DNA of 64,000 bases, from NCBI RefSeq assembly GCF_001949145.1, contig NW_019091360.1, positions 3,532,864 through 3,596,863 of the forward strand, written 5' to 3'. This stretch comes from Acanthaster planci. Its lineage: Eukaryota. This document shows, one piece after another, positions 38,801 to 53,800 of this stretch (positions within the stretch are counted from its first letter, which is position 1; the number at the start of each line of letters is the position of its first letter). A program made the translations under genes and the position numbers. The notes under the pieces were generated by a model. The model worked only from the letters and a program-made list of their open reading frames with translations, was not told the DNA's origin and made no database searches.

Positions 38801-41800
38801 TAAAAGATGTTCATGTCTTGTGAAGTAGTAAGAAAGTTAGTAAGCACCTTCATCCTTTGGCTTGACTCTCTTCCAGTTCCTAAGACACCTCCAGACTTTG
38901 CAGAGCCATTGGTGGACCAGACAGCTGTGCAAGGAGAAAGAGTGGAGTTCCATTGTCAGATCACAGGCGATCCGCAACCATTAGTGGTCTGGTTCAAGAA
39001 TGGTGCCGAGATAGAACCCAGCAGATTTGTTCAGGTCGGTTGGTTACTCTCTATTGTTGTGTTTGCTTTTAAGTTTATTTTTTTGTGCATATAAATGTTT
39101 GCAAAAACATTAGGTATTCATTGACGTGGTGAACAAGTATTGTTGTAACAACATGCATCTGCTTTATACAACCAGGAGAGTTTTTGTTATTGGCTGGATC
39201 AACTATATTGTGTTTTCTGTTGAGGAAATAATAAAATTTCCAGTGTTGTAGTGGTGATTTGGAGGAAATAATCTCAAATTTCCATCGTAAGTCCTTTCAA
39301 AAGACCAGTCATAAGTAACAGGTTGAACAACGACATAGTTGTACTTTTGTCACAGTTCAAATTGTGACTTGATTTAAGACTGGAGGACTTGAGATGGACG
39401 AACAGAGATTTTTGATGGGCTCAACTAAAACATTTTAACTTTGAAGTTATGTGTTGCATCAAACCAGCTTCTTTTGGTACAGACTGAAAAAGAAAGGGTG
39501 CTTATGGGATTTTTGAGCTTTGAAGCTTTTCGTGGTGAAGGGTAGCAAGTTAGTTTTAGAGAGGTTTGGGTAGCACCTTGCAAGGGTATCTCTTCTGAGT
39601 ATGTGTGGTTCAGAAAAGAACTGGAGATTTTGTTGACCGATCACAGATTGTGTTCTTCCGTGACCAATCACAGATAACATCTCAAGGGTTGAGCCAAGTA
39701 CTCATCATCCCAGAGGTGGTGCTGGAGGATGCTGGGACATACAGCGTCAAAGGCAGCAACGACGCGGGAGACTGCACCTCGGTGGCACAGCTGCACGTTG
39801 GAAGTAAGAATAGAAAACCTACAATAATATTGAATTCAAAATAATACACTTAATTATGGTGTACATATTGTTAGCGTAGGTGCAACCACATTACGTTTAG
39901 TACCTGTTGTTCAAAATCATCACATCCTTCATTCAAAAACTGAAATGTAACATGGATGAGCTCAGGTATTTGTTTGGGGTTATGTTAGGTGGTTATGTTT
40001 AGATGAAAGACCATTTACAGCCATTAAGTAATAATGACAGGGAGTAGCAGGATTAGATTTCTGATGGAAATATTCCTCATTTTTATGCCCTATGGAGAAA
40101 TTTACATCATCATCACCCTTTCATATTAATGGTTATTGGTTTATTGATTTAGGAGAAGTGTTAATCGTTGTTTTCATGTCATTAATTATTTTCTCCCAAT
40201 GCATTTTCCCCAGTTATTGAAATGGAGAACAAGGCCATCGTAAAATATTTCCTTATTTCACCTGATTTTTTCTCAACCTCAGTTGAAGGCTTAAGCAGCA
40301 AAGCCCCACGCTTTGTCCGCGCATTCGGTGACCGCAGCACTTATGAGGGCGATGTAGTCCGCTTTGACTGCTACGTCCGAGGCGACCCCAAGCCAGAGGT
40401 CAACTGGTATAAGGACGGCGTACTAGTCAACGAGGGGGTGTTCCAGGTCTTGGAGGAAGGTGACAAGCACTCGCTCATCATTGGAGAAGTCTTTGATGAA
40501 GATGCCGGCACGTACAAATGCCAGGCCAAGAATAAGTACGGAGAGACAACTTGCTCTGCTGTCCTGACGATAGGAGGTGAGTTATTCTTTTGATCTTTGA
40601 ATGTTACTCTACACCAGCACTAAATGTATGACTTTGGACAGTATCTTTTGTTGTCTGCTTGGAGGATGGAAATTGTAAAAATACCTGTAGCTGAAAACTG
40701 GTTGGAAAAAAAGTCCTAGAAAATTGACATGAAAACAGAAATCCACAGGAATGTAGCATGTTATAGTGGTGTAATTGCTGAATTTCTCACTTCATTCAGC
40801 GTGAGTTTGTCACAGTGTAGGGGCACCTTGAGAGTCAGATCTTGGGCTAAATATCCTGTACATAAAGCATAGCCTTATGGCTGCTTGTCTTATTTTCCCA
40901 AGCAAGCATTTTTCCCACTAAGCTTACCTGCACAGATTTTGTCTTTTACTTGTGAACATTGCCTATGTTTTCAACTTTTAATTTTGTGAGTAAGGCTGCA
41001 GGCTGTTGTCTTGTTTGACAAAGCCAACAGAAACTTGAATCATTCAGTGCAATTTAGGTCGGCATTTAAGAAGGAAGTACTGTAGTATTTCGTCTGCAAT
41101 ATTTATTAAAGAAATCGAATGATTTTTTCCCTCCTACGTTTCAGTGATCGATCCTTCAGCAGTTATTTTGAAACTATTAATAATTTACTGGGCATTTGGG
41201 ACAGTGCCCCCACGATACAGTCCTTACCTTCACCAAATTGCATTCATTCCTTGCGCTCTCTGTAGTCACATCTCTCTCAGGTTGCTGCCCTTGCAATTTA
41301 TGCTCCTTGTAGGAATGCATATCTGTTGTAATTTCTCAGATATCTTGAAAATGCGTCAGAATTTATGATAATGTGGATGGCCACGCAAAGGACTTTGAAG
41401 GAGTTGGGAAAATCTAGATATTATCTTTGATTTGACCTCAAGATAAGTTCCCAAATTAGTAATTTTAATGAAAATGATACCTGGGGTAATATTCAGTGTG
41501 ACTATTAAGCTTCCGTCTTCATGTCAAGATGTACGATGTATTTTATTCTCTGGCTAAATTCTGGGGCAGTTAGTCACATGGTTTCCATCATTACCACATT
41601 CTAATCGTCACTGTGAAATTTGGCATAGGACAGCCGTGCACATTGTGTTGAAATGTTAAGCCACCTCAATTTCCTCTGAAAGACTTTGAGCACGTAATAC
41701 CCACTCAGTACATTTTTAGAAAAAATCCATCCCGCTCTAACATGAAGTGCAGAAGTTAACCATTTTGTTCAAGAGTAGATGCAGTTTCTATTATTCACAT

Positions 41801-44800
41801 GAGTGTATGCTTGTAGTTGTATTTGTTAGTTGCTTAATTTTACTTTAAGGTCAGCAGTTCATGATTCTATTTCAACCCTCTCCCTCAGGCATTTTAACTA
41901 TTGAGGAATCTTTATGCACTTTTCTAAATCCAGCAATTTATAGTAAAAGGATAGTATTCAGTGTAACTACATTGGCATCTGAATGCCTACTGTGAACAGT
42001 GAGTAAAGCAATAGTGGCTCAGCTGTGCAGTCCTGGAACTAGTAAAATACTGAAAAAAATTCAACATTTGATTGAATTAGGTTAAAATCATGATCTTTGT
42101 TTAATTGAAATTTTGCATAACAAAAGAGACTTATACAGCTGCACTTCCTATGATTTTTTGGTGAATTCTTGAAATAGATTTCATAGTTCGCTGTAGAACG
42201 TTGCCAAATCACTGATGTCATTACCTGATTTACGGCTCACCAAAGTAGACCACTAAATTGGTTCCCTTATTGCGCAAGGTAAACCCAGTTTTCTAATTGC
42301 AATAACAATATCAAACCAACTTTGTTTAATACAGAAAACCGTTTTATTGCCCAATTAATTGTTTTAAAGAACCTGTCACAACATCCTTATCACCCCCCAA
42401 CTAAACTGATCACATATTTAACTCTGAGATTGAACTTGGTGAAATATTACACCTAACATGTGACATCAGTCTATTTGGCTACCAAATAGATTTAGATTGT
42501 ATGTTTACCAATTCAGTTTCGTGGAATCCGTCTGCCAACTCAATTTGGCAAATTTTCAAGAGATATCAGAACACTGCTATATATAAATGATTTAACTACA
42601 AAACATAATGGAAATTTTCACAGTAATGAATTTTCCCAAATTCAATTCTGTGACTAAAATTACAACTGAGATTTTAATTACAGTGAATTGTGGTTACACC
42701 TGTCTGTAAAAATTGGTCTTAAAAGCTCAGACATTTACACGAGAGTTAAGTCTCATGTCTTGGTATAGGCACTGTTCTTGCCTTTAAGTTTGTTGTGTAA
42801 CTGTTGGATGTACGTGTACATGCACTTATACCAAAATACACAGCTGGTGGAGTGACTGTGACCTATTGCTTTGGAATATCAATTTCTGAACCTGTTTCCA
42901 GCAACTTGCATGTGAGCCCATTTTTACTTGAAGCTGCATCTTTAAAGGTAGTGCCTATGGGAAAATAAAATGGTCTTGGCATTCGATGCTGGGAAGTACT
43001 TGGAATTTGAAAGTCAAAGTGGTCCGATATCATGTAAGATAATCTGGCAGGACCCTCTGCATAACATCTGCTAAAGCACGTCAGACATTCCAATTAAAGC
43101 ACCAATGATATACAGGCTAGCAATCACCATGAATCTCCCAGGGCTTTGGGAATCTTGGGCGTTGTGGTGGGTAGAGAGCTGGACTGTTTGATGATGTCTG
43201 TCTATTGTCGGACATAGTGGATATTGGATTGTTGCTTGCAAACAGTTCTTATGCAGTGACATCATTACTTTTTTTAAATCTTGAACTGGCTTCACAATTT
43301 CTTAAGTGGATTGAAACTCGGGAGTCTGCTTTACTGTACATGCCACTTTGCAGTTTCTGCTTTATTATGGCCTACATGTAGTAAGCTTTTTCTGTTTTTT
43401 TTTCACTCGCTATTGTCAAAGTGATTCAATCCATTCAGTCAAGTTAATGGAAGACAGTTTTGGGAGAAGGGAACTGTGAATCATGCACATTATTTCACCC
43501 TCACAACCATTTCAACTACATGATCCTGTATGGATGAAATGACTGTAGTCTAGGGATGCAGGTATCTTGCTACACCTTACAAGGTGGGCAGAGGTCTTTC
43601 ATTTTTTTTCTTTTACATGCAGAATTCAGTATATCTATAACTTGGCAATATTTGGATCAATAATGAATACAGCTGCGGCAAAAGTCATGCGCTTCACTTT
43701 GTGGGTTTTTTGTGTATAATTTGAGTCTGAGGATAACTGCAAGTTATGTCAGGGCCTAGGTGTTGGTTGTACAGTCTTCGGTACATGTAGCTCGTAAACC
43801 TGATGTTAGGCTACGTGTTGTACATGCCTGCCTGCATCCCTGGAGGTCCTCCTTGTGTCGCAGTTTCATAGACCTGATTCTACTTAACCCTGCCTTCCTC
43901 ATCAAACCTGTAACATCTCAGCATGCTGATTGCTGCTGAACCTCAAACCAGGCCTCTCGAGTGCACTGTGTTGCAGTCTTGTCTGCCCCAAAAGGTGCTT
44001 GTGCCATACCAGTCGTGTTCGACATTCCAGGCATACCGGCCAGATCATTCAGACTTGGTTTCTGATTGGCTGGCTTCAAAGTATGCAGAGATCCCGTCTG
44101 GAGCTCTGTATTCTTGGCAGCAGGTTTTAATTTCTAGACACATCTTTTTTTATAGTCTGAGTAATTTCTCTGTTTTGCAGTCACAGCAGTGCTGTGTACT
44201 TGTACATGTGGTTGATGAGATGATGTGGGGATGAGACATAACATGTATTACAAGCAGATATTTTGACTGGCTGAGTCACACAAATTTTTATCATGAAACT
44301 TTGACCAAAGTAGTTTCACTCATTAAAAAAACGAATCTCCTTGGATAAAACACACCCTTGAACTTTTTTGATGTTTTAAAGTGTTAAACTTTTATGATAC
44401 CTACAGAAATGCATTTTGCTTACTTTCAAGGAATTGTATAAAAGGTAAAGCAAAAATCGTGAAATTGAGCCAGTTTGTGTTCATTTTAGCCATTGATATT
44501 AATTCTGAGTGAAACATTTTGTTTCTGTTTTCTTAGGTCCAGTTGTTACTATTACGACGGAATCTGACAGGTAAGTTCTTGGTTTAGTCTATCTTTGTGT
44601 TCAGATCTCAAAGAAGGATTGAAAAGCAAACACGGACACAACCCCCCCCCAAAAAAATCAATCTCCACATTGTAATTCAGGAGAGAGAAAGCCTTTTGTC
44701 ATTAAAAGTTACTCTATATTCACGAAAATAATGGAAGTTGAGATATTGAGATAAAGAGATCAACTTGGATTTATATCATGAGCAAAAATGATGTCCCTGA

Positions 44801-47800
44801 GCTTATCTGGATAAATTGATTATTAAAGGATGCTTTATGAAAGAACATAGGTAAGAAAACAACTTTGTCCCCTTTTCCTCTATTATCAATAAGTGATTAA
44901 TAAATTTAAAAGTCCATCTCCGGTTGGTTGGCACATGGGATCACTGCTTGTCTGGGATTTCCATGGAAAGAGGTCATCACCTACGTCCTTCAAGAGGATG
45001 CCAGGCCGTCTTAGGTTTTGCCTTCTGCTCCTTGATCCATTTATAGTGCGGCCTCCTGAGTGGAGAGGGGCAGGTGGATTGAAGAGTCTGGCTCAAGGGT
45101 GAACTGTGGAATGGGGAAGGTTAACTTCAGAGCCTTGGTTCCTTGACTATATATTGTGGCTGTCATCTCAAGCATGTGTTGTTCACCTTCAGTGTTCTTA
45201 CAAAAAAAAATGAAGTGCATGTGCATTGATATGAGAAACTGTATCTGCTATCATTCAGACTGACCATGATTGGGAAGTAAATCTGGAGCTCAAATCTGTA
45301 GAAATTGACAACCTTAAGGAAAAAATTACATTCTTGTGTGATTGCACATTTCTGTTTTTGCATACTGATGGCTTCTCTCTACTTTAACATGCCCATTTGA
45401 AAGGGCAAAGAAGAAATTTAATATGTAAACTGCACCGTTATCTTTAAAGTGTAATGGACGAATCTTCAATTGGCCATCCATCTGACCATTTACCTCTGGT
45501 AAATTAGAGGGAGTGGATGTCAACTTCTCTGTACTCAGTAATTTATTCTTATACACAAAATCAAGACCGAATCCAAACAAAACAAACTGTAGTTTGCGAG
45601 CTATGGTGGTCACACACCTCAGAAACACAGACAATCAGTGTGGGACAAGACCTGGGTTTTTATACACAACAAATACAACTGGGTAATCAAATTCCATGAG
45701 ACATGGTAAGTGCAGATTAAAGATGCACATGTGCTCATTCCACAATGTAATCAAATGAGAGCACTGTAAATAATCAGGTGCATCACAAAAGTCACAGACA
45801 CAAATCTAGGACACCATTACACCACAGTATTAACAGAGACAAGTCTGCCATTGAAAATAATTCTTCAGTCCATTAGTGAAATTGATATGAGATAGCACAG
45901 GTCAGCAATGTTATGTTTCACTGTAACCTTCCACAAGATGAGAGCTTGGTTAGTAAATCCCACTAACCCTGGCTGACCTGATTGGAAGTCTTAGTTTTTT
46001 AGCCTTTTGATGAATTTAAGATAGTACGGGGGACCTGACTTTTTCTTGTATTACAAAAAATCCTAACACTGTTAGAATCATATTGTACCGGTATGTACTG
46101 GTACCAAAAGGTGAAATACATTAGGGTTACATACAACTATGCGTGATTGTTTCCTCTGCCCTTAAGGTTCAGTCAGTTTTGTGCAACCCTTAGCATTCAG
46201 TGAGTACTTGAGTAGTGCATGAGTTTTTACAAGCTTCTTGAATACCTTGATAAGTGAATGTACAGAAGTACCTCAGGATACCTCGGTCAACATGTCCAGC
46301 CGACCCGTCTTGGTAGGTTTTTGAAAATTGAGAGTCCACTGTTGCACTGTGACCTTCAGAAATTGCATCAGTGTAGTGCTCCTTCTTGACACTCCCAACG
46401 CACCTGAAGGTGAATTGCTGGCCATTTGTTCTGATTTGAGGGTGTATTTGTGGCAATCGATAAATCTTTTTACCAGACTGTGTTCCCTCTCCAGGGCTTT
46501 TCAAATGGTTCAATATCACCATGTACTGCAGCATACATGTACTCTGTGTCTGAAAAACAGCTGTTGATGTTCTAATTGGAGACAAACCATGATATCTCTT
46601 TTAAGTATTTGTGTACAGCCCATTTGACCATTTTGCCAACCTCTCTGGTTAAAATGTGTCCTGCACCTCATTTGGAACTATTGGTTCTGCCTTATCATAA
46701 GTTTTCGTGCTTGAAGTGTCAGTGGTATTGCTATGGTTTTCTTGAGCATAATAAAATAGATATTCTAGTACATATATACGTTCAATGTGTATCTTAGATT
46801 TCAAGTATGTTATAGCCCTTGCATGTGTTAAAGGTTGCAAGGAAAAGTGGGAGTTATATTCACCGATTCAATTTGGAAGAAAAATCTGACAGAATTTAAT
46901 GTTATGCAAGGAAGCAGTGTCTTATTAAAACTGGAAAAGGTCTTTTTTTGGGGTAAGGTTGCTTTGTGTTCTCTGATGTACATGGGTATAAACATGGAAA
47001 TCGTTTGTTTTGCAGGGAGTGTTTGTATAAATTCCCTTGTGCCAGAGAAAAGTAGGGGCAGATAAATATTCCAGGAGAGTTGAATATAATACTGTTTAGA
47101 CTGCTGGCCTGCCCAGCTAAGAGGTTTATCATTCCCTAGGGAAAAAGCATTGTGCATTTACTGAGGCATATAACAGTAGCTATATTATGATGACATGAAA
47201 GAAGGGGGGGGGAGATTCTGTTCCTTTCTGTGAGATGTCAAAGCTTAGTCCTATTTCTGTGGGAACTACCTCCACGAGACATTAAATTGATTTTGTTTTG
47301 GTGTTAGTGAATTCCATTCCCTGAAAGAAGCTTCCTGATGGTGCACAATGCACTGTGCTGTTAGAACTTGAGATATTCTAAAATTCTGAAAATGTTAGTT
47401 TGAGAAGAAAGCAGTTTCAACCAAATATTGCCATGATACAAAGCCTGCAAAAGGTCTCTTTTGCACAGAGGCTTGGTTGAGAAATCAGAACACAGTGATT
47501 TGAATCATGTAAAATCTGACAACCATTTTACCCCTTTGGATTGTGACTGTAGCTTTTAGCATTTGACTGACATTTTAGTTTAAGGTTACATTACCCAGTC
47601 TGGGCCTCTTGTAGCATGTTTATCATAATTGATATCATTTTTTGTGACAATTGATTTCTAGCGATAATCTTAAAATGTTTGATGTGCTGTCAATTAAGCA
47701 ACTGCAGGCTGTATGCACAGCCCCAATATGCAGAACAGCTGAAAAAGTCTTCAAGACAATCCTTATAAAATATTTTCCTTTGAAAGTTTGGCTCTCTGCC

Positions 47801-50800
47801 AGTCAGATGACATCACTGGAGGGAGGTGGAGCTATTCAAATTGACCTGCTCAGTCCACGGCTTATCTGAATGGCATTTGCACATGCAGCTCAGGGGGAAA
47901 GTCAGCCAATAAGAAGCTGGCTTGTGTAAGTGCACCGCATGCTAATTAGCCAGACTGAGGCTGTATCTGAAATCCGTAATGCTGGGCTGACTTGCAGTCC
48001 TACCACCGAGAGCAACACATCCGCAGAGCGAGAGAAACAAGGCTGTCAAGCCGCCCATTTACTTGCGAGCAATTGTCTGGATTTTAAGTCTGGTGTTAAG
48101 AAAAAGTTAAGAAGCTTCTGTTTTTGTGTCAAGAAGGAGCCAGAGACAAGGCCCTGCTGGTGCCAATCTAAACCTGTTGGGAATGGACCTGGATTCTAAG
48201 GGGGTGACACCATCGGTAGGAAACTCTTATTCTGTTATTTATAATTCAAAAGTGAACTTATTCATAAGTATAGATTCTTGGAGTGATGTCTTTTAATGAG
48301 GTGTATCTTATGAGGTGTTTGGTGCATGAATGTAACATTGAGGTCAAAGAGTCATGAAATAATTGAATTGTGAAAAGAAATTACTCTGTTAGGGTAGCTT
48401 TAGTTCTGGGTGGAGCTTCTAAGCCCCGCCCCTTGTGGCACATCTACTAAGTTAATTAGTTTAAGTGTGCCGTTATTTGTTTGAAACCCTATTATCTTCG
48501 GTAGCTTCATCAATTTTATTTCAAATTATGTCAAATAGTGAATTTTTACCTGATAAACCCAGTCATTTTTTTCTGACATTTTTTCATTAATTGGCTCAAA
48601 ACTACATTGTAAAGTACAAAGCTCAATTTACATACTAAATCTAGACACAGTATAAATTTACTGGCGCAATAATTGACGGGCCACATTTTAAATTTTAACA
48701 AATGAAAGATGCAAAAATTTGTCTCAAGTACACTTTGATAAATCATTGTAGTATAGTTTGCTGGGGAGAATTGCAGTGATAAGGTCTGTGGTCTGTAAAA
48801 ATTAAATTTAACTACAAAATAAGCATCACATAGATCAGGACATGACACCTTGCTTAAAATAATACTAACTACATGTAGCTTTTCAACAACATGGTGAATT
48901 TACTTGTCACCGGTTGCCACATGCTGAACTTTTTTTGCTTTAAATGGTAGAAACCAACAGCTCTGCCGAATTTTTTTCATAAAAACTGAATATCTGAATA
49001 GTGAAAAGGGTCCTACATATTTACCTGCGCTAGTTTGAATATACTGCACAGATATGAGTCTGTGCCTGCATGTTATCAGGTCATCATCTTTCCTGACCGT
49101 GATGGCTTGCTGTGCATGACCAGATACACATACATGTACACATGGCTGTAACCTGCACACACAGCGGTAGCGGTGCATAGCACCATATATGGTAAGAACT
49201 ACCATATGCTTGCATGCTGATGGCATCTCTCTGTGCAAGGCAGGGTATGCGGAGGGATTTCTTTACATTGAAATCAAACTCCGCTTAGACGGAGACAAAG
49301 ACAGGGATTAAACTAGTCGGGCAGTTACTTCTCCTCTTGAAATGTCCATTTTCCTAGGGAGGTGTAATGTTCAAACACTGCCGACTTGAATTTGTTTATT
49401 TTCTTTGAAGGGAGGTTGTTGAAAGGTCAACTGAGGTCATCTTTTGTGTTTAAGTTGTTCTACCCTTCTTGAGGTTCTGGTCTGGCCTTTGGTTTTTTTC
49501 TGAAATTTTCTTGGGGGGGGTGCAAAGGACAAATGAATGTTTTAACATTCGTTTTTAATTTCATTAACATGCCTTCACTGTAAATTTTTAGTAGCTTCTT
49601 ACTCATAGTTAAGAAAATCAAAACTTGTATCCTTTTTATCAAAGCATTCAGTAATAATTTTAAATAGTTTTAATATGCCTGCGTAAACAAAATTGCAGCC
49701 AATAGGCAACATCTGGTTAAAGGTACATGAATGCTCCAAAGAAATGTAGGCCATGATGTAAACATATTGATAAAGACACCAGTCAGCGTGATATTTTGAG
49801 TTGCCCAGGTTGTCATTATCACAGGTCTTTATTATTCACTTGTGGCTCGCCTGCAGAGTGGCAGCATAGATGCCAGGCATACCAGAGTTGGGGCCTGGCT
49901 GCAGACTGCACTGGTATGCTCTGACCAGAGCTGTTTTATAAGGAAAAGAGAATGATGTCACCGTTGTGTTCTCTTAACTATTTGATCATTGGAGGCCGTC
50001 CTACTCTGGAAAAATGCCATGATTCTGAGAATGTGTGTCCAAATGTGCCTACACTGAGGGCACTGTTTTATGTTCATATAAAAATGCAAAATTATTTTTG
50101 AGTTTTATCAGATGATGCAAGTTTTTTTTTCCAGAAGAATCAGCAGTGCTCAACACAATTTATTTTATTCTTTCAAAGAATTTTAGCCTACATATTTTGA
50201 TATTTGATGATCAGTTTAGGATGTTGTTCAGTGGAATATGGCATAGTCACACAGATGTTCCCCTTTTCATTTTGTTGTGATAACATTGGCTTATACTTTT
50301 TAAAATGGATTAGTTCCAAGGCCATGTCTTATTAAGTCAAAAGGCCTCTTGTATTGGTTAACAGGCTTACTGTATACATGTTCAAAGCTTGGAAACTTCT
50401 GGAGTTGTTGGAGTTATGTTAACTGAATGCAGAGAATGAAGACTTGGTCGCTGTGCACTTTTTCAGAATGCGAGGGCCGTCCAATAATAGATTTAGATTT
50501 TGATCAAGAATGTTCTAGTGACTACATGTAGGTTTTGTGAGCTTGATATCTTTACTTAGCCACATTACGTGTGCTTGACTTAAGAGATTTGGCAAAGGTC
50601 ATATTAGAGATTATTTTACTGACATCTTGAACTAAGGTTGTGCAAATATGAACAGTTTGATCCAGGGATGTGATGATATGCGCTGCAGTACAGCTTCAAG
50701 GTTGTCAAGGGAAATGCTGTGGCTGGACCTCAGCATGTCTGAGACCGCGTCAGACACCAGATGGATGTTTGGTGCATTCCTAACCACTTGAATCATTATG

Positions 50801-53800
50801 TGCGCATGTACGTGATGAATTGCCCACGATAACTGTTTCCCATATAAAGTCTGTCAACCTTTGATAGAGAACAAGTTCTGTGTGTGTCTTTGACTTGCTT
50901 GTGTTTGAAGAAGAAAAAATGGAAAATACTTTCATTCAATTTGTCAAAAGTAAATTGTAGTTTTTCAGTGGTTGTTGAAAAAATGGTACCTTAACATCCA
51001 TGATTGTAGTTTATTCCATTTTTGAAAGGGGGTTATTAATTTACTAGGGAAGTTCATCCCACCAACATCTGTATTTGGTAATTGATTCACATCTTGAAAA
51101 TACATCTTGAAAATGATTCACATCTGTTTACAAAGTACATGTAAGGTTTAGATCTTCATAGGTACTCAGTAGAACAAAATGTTAACTTTTTTATAGCTGA
51201 GAGAGTTCTTCATTTACAGAATGAAAAATTAAAGTGTAAATTTCAACAGCTATTATTAGGTCAGTGACCTCAAATTTTTTGTCACCCAGGTGATATAACA
51301 GTGCAGTGACCTCCTTATCATCCTCCACATACTTGGACCATCTCTAGCCCCCTGGTGATGCAACACATGCTGGGTTGTGTGATGAGTTAATAGGGAAAGT
51401 TTGGCATGACTTTGCATGCCATATTTTTTTAGAAATTCTCAGGCCCAGTGCAGTTATTGTCAGAATCCTTTTGAATTGACAGCTGGGTTCAGAGACGCAT
51501 GGACTCTATTTCTCTGTTCTCCTATAAAACTTGAATAAGATTCATGTTCATATCTGAAGGTGTATGTGCCCCATACCTTACATTCTTTGCTGAAAAGCAG
51601 ACATTTTGTATTATAATGATAACTTGGAATTCTAGTTTATTTCTGACCATACGTGTGTCAAATATGAAGAACAAAAAAAATTGAAATCACAAACTCTGGA
51701 TAGCATCCAAGGCCTATATATTTGAGAACTGTTCAAACACTAAAACCTAGGAGTCCTGAAAAGTACATATTTATAATAGATGATGGAATGTGATATAGGT
51801 TTGTTCTATAAACACTCAGTTCTGCATAGCTATACTTTGTATATATAAATGAATCCATTAACTTCACATCATGGCGTGCGAATTAGATTTATTCTATAAA
51901 CACTCGTGTTCCTAGATCTGATATCCTTGGTTGAAATTTACCCATGAACTTTAGTCAGTAGTGTGCGTGTGTGTTATAAACACTCATGTTCCAAGACCCA
52001 ACATTTTTGTTGGTCTGATTTTCCCGTTCTTGTTTTTATAGATCAGCATTCATAGATAAACAAATCCATAATTCATTCATGTATAGAGTCATACTTGTAG
52101 TCAAACAAAAAGCTTTTCTTCAGCATAAGGATGTTCTTTAAACCATTTGTCGTTTTCTTTTCAACTTGATTAATGGTCAGTTTTTGAAGTAAGAGTTGCC
52201 ACTTTTGTCAATCAAATGTGTCAACTTTTTGGTGAGAGGGGTTGAGTTGTCATATTTTAGTTCTACAACTTATGGATATGAGTGCAACAAGTCTGATTTG
52301 GACCTCTTTAACTGGAATGAAAGAAAACAATGTGTCAGTAGAACACATAGATGTTATACAGGTCTCTGCGGTCATCTGGATGTGAGATGAGGGTCTACAG
52401 GGACAGAAGTTTAGCATAACTTTGGTCCCTCCTACCCTTACTTACTTAAGCCTTGAAAAATAATTTCTTCCTGCATCTGGTTGTGTTCCAACCATAATTC
52501 ACTCTCCGGTAGCCCAGAGTCAGATTTTAAAATCATTTTCAGTCTTCTGAAGAAAAAAAAAATGCATCGGTTGATAAAATTCCTCAATCAGTTTGCAGCT
52601 GCAAAGCTGCACCCCATTCCACTTCTCTCTCAGCAAGAATTACTGTGAGCTCTCCAAACTAAGATGGTAAATGCTGAATTCCTGAGAAGTCACAACCTCT
52701 CATCCACGGGTAATCAGATTGTGTTTAGGCCTCACAATACCCGCACCTCAATGCTGTGTCACTGCCAGTGTGGTCCATTAGTCTTTGGCTGTGCCCTCCT
52801 TAACCAATCAATAACTGGATGTTTTCTGTGCTGCGTCATTGGCCAGTTTTCTGTTCTTTTGCCAGCATGATGGTTTTTTTCATTTAGAGATGAAATTGTC
52901 CAACCAGCACATTCAGTAGTAAAACTGTAATTTATTCCAAGTAAATCAGCAACTTCACTTGCTAAAAAAATGGTATCCAGATTTATTTCCTTGCTTTTTT
53001 CTAAGTAGTAAATTTGGCAAAGGAGATGAAAAAAACCTGATTTTCATATTTCTCATGCATTGATTTTGCCATCATCTTCATTTTGCCTGTGATCTCTTGA
53101 CAGTGTTGAAACCACCACCACCACCTCCACAAAAGTGACCGCAATGTTTGGGCAGAGGTCCAAGTTCAAGGAAGACCCACCCAAGTTCAGTCAGCCGGTC
53201 AAGAGCGTGTCACTTGTCCAGGGAAAGCCAGCGTCCTTTGAGGCAGTCATTCAAGGTATGGAGTACACTCTTGAATTCAGTTCAACATCGTACATCCAGA
53301 AAATGCTCATGCATGATCTCTATGTAAGGTATGTTAGTCATGTTGAGACAACAAAATACACTCTCTTTGCTTTCAGCTTCTTGCCAAAATAAAAGCAGAA
53401 GACGCAAATCCCCTTAAAGGAAAAAGAAACCATATTCATGTGTCATGCAGAAATCTTAGAAAGACTTAAAGATTCGTGAAAGCTTTTTCCTAGCAACCTA
53501 TGGTTCTAGCAAACCCATTTAGGAAAAAAATAAAGAAACAAACAAAAGCAGTTCTGTCTGAAGGTGAAATTAAAGAGTTAATCTTTAAAGATCTTGGATT
53601 CTTGGATTATGAATCTTCTGCAATCAAGTTGCTTTTCAAATGAGTGACACATTTAACCTTCTATGCTGTCCTTGCTTGCAGTAGATGTAGTGTGAGTCCA
53701 AACATCAGTCTGTAACATCTATTTGTACCTTTTTATCACTTTTAAAGAAAGCAATCCATTTTGCATGTGTGATCTCTCTTCGCATTCTTCCTTATGGGAG

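Noticed and set aside
41144..41368. 74-codon ORF behind a good acceptor in the long intron
   Set aside because: Intron-like composition and no protein motif or matching donor.
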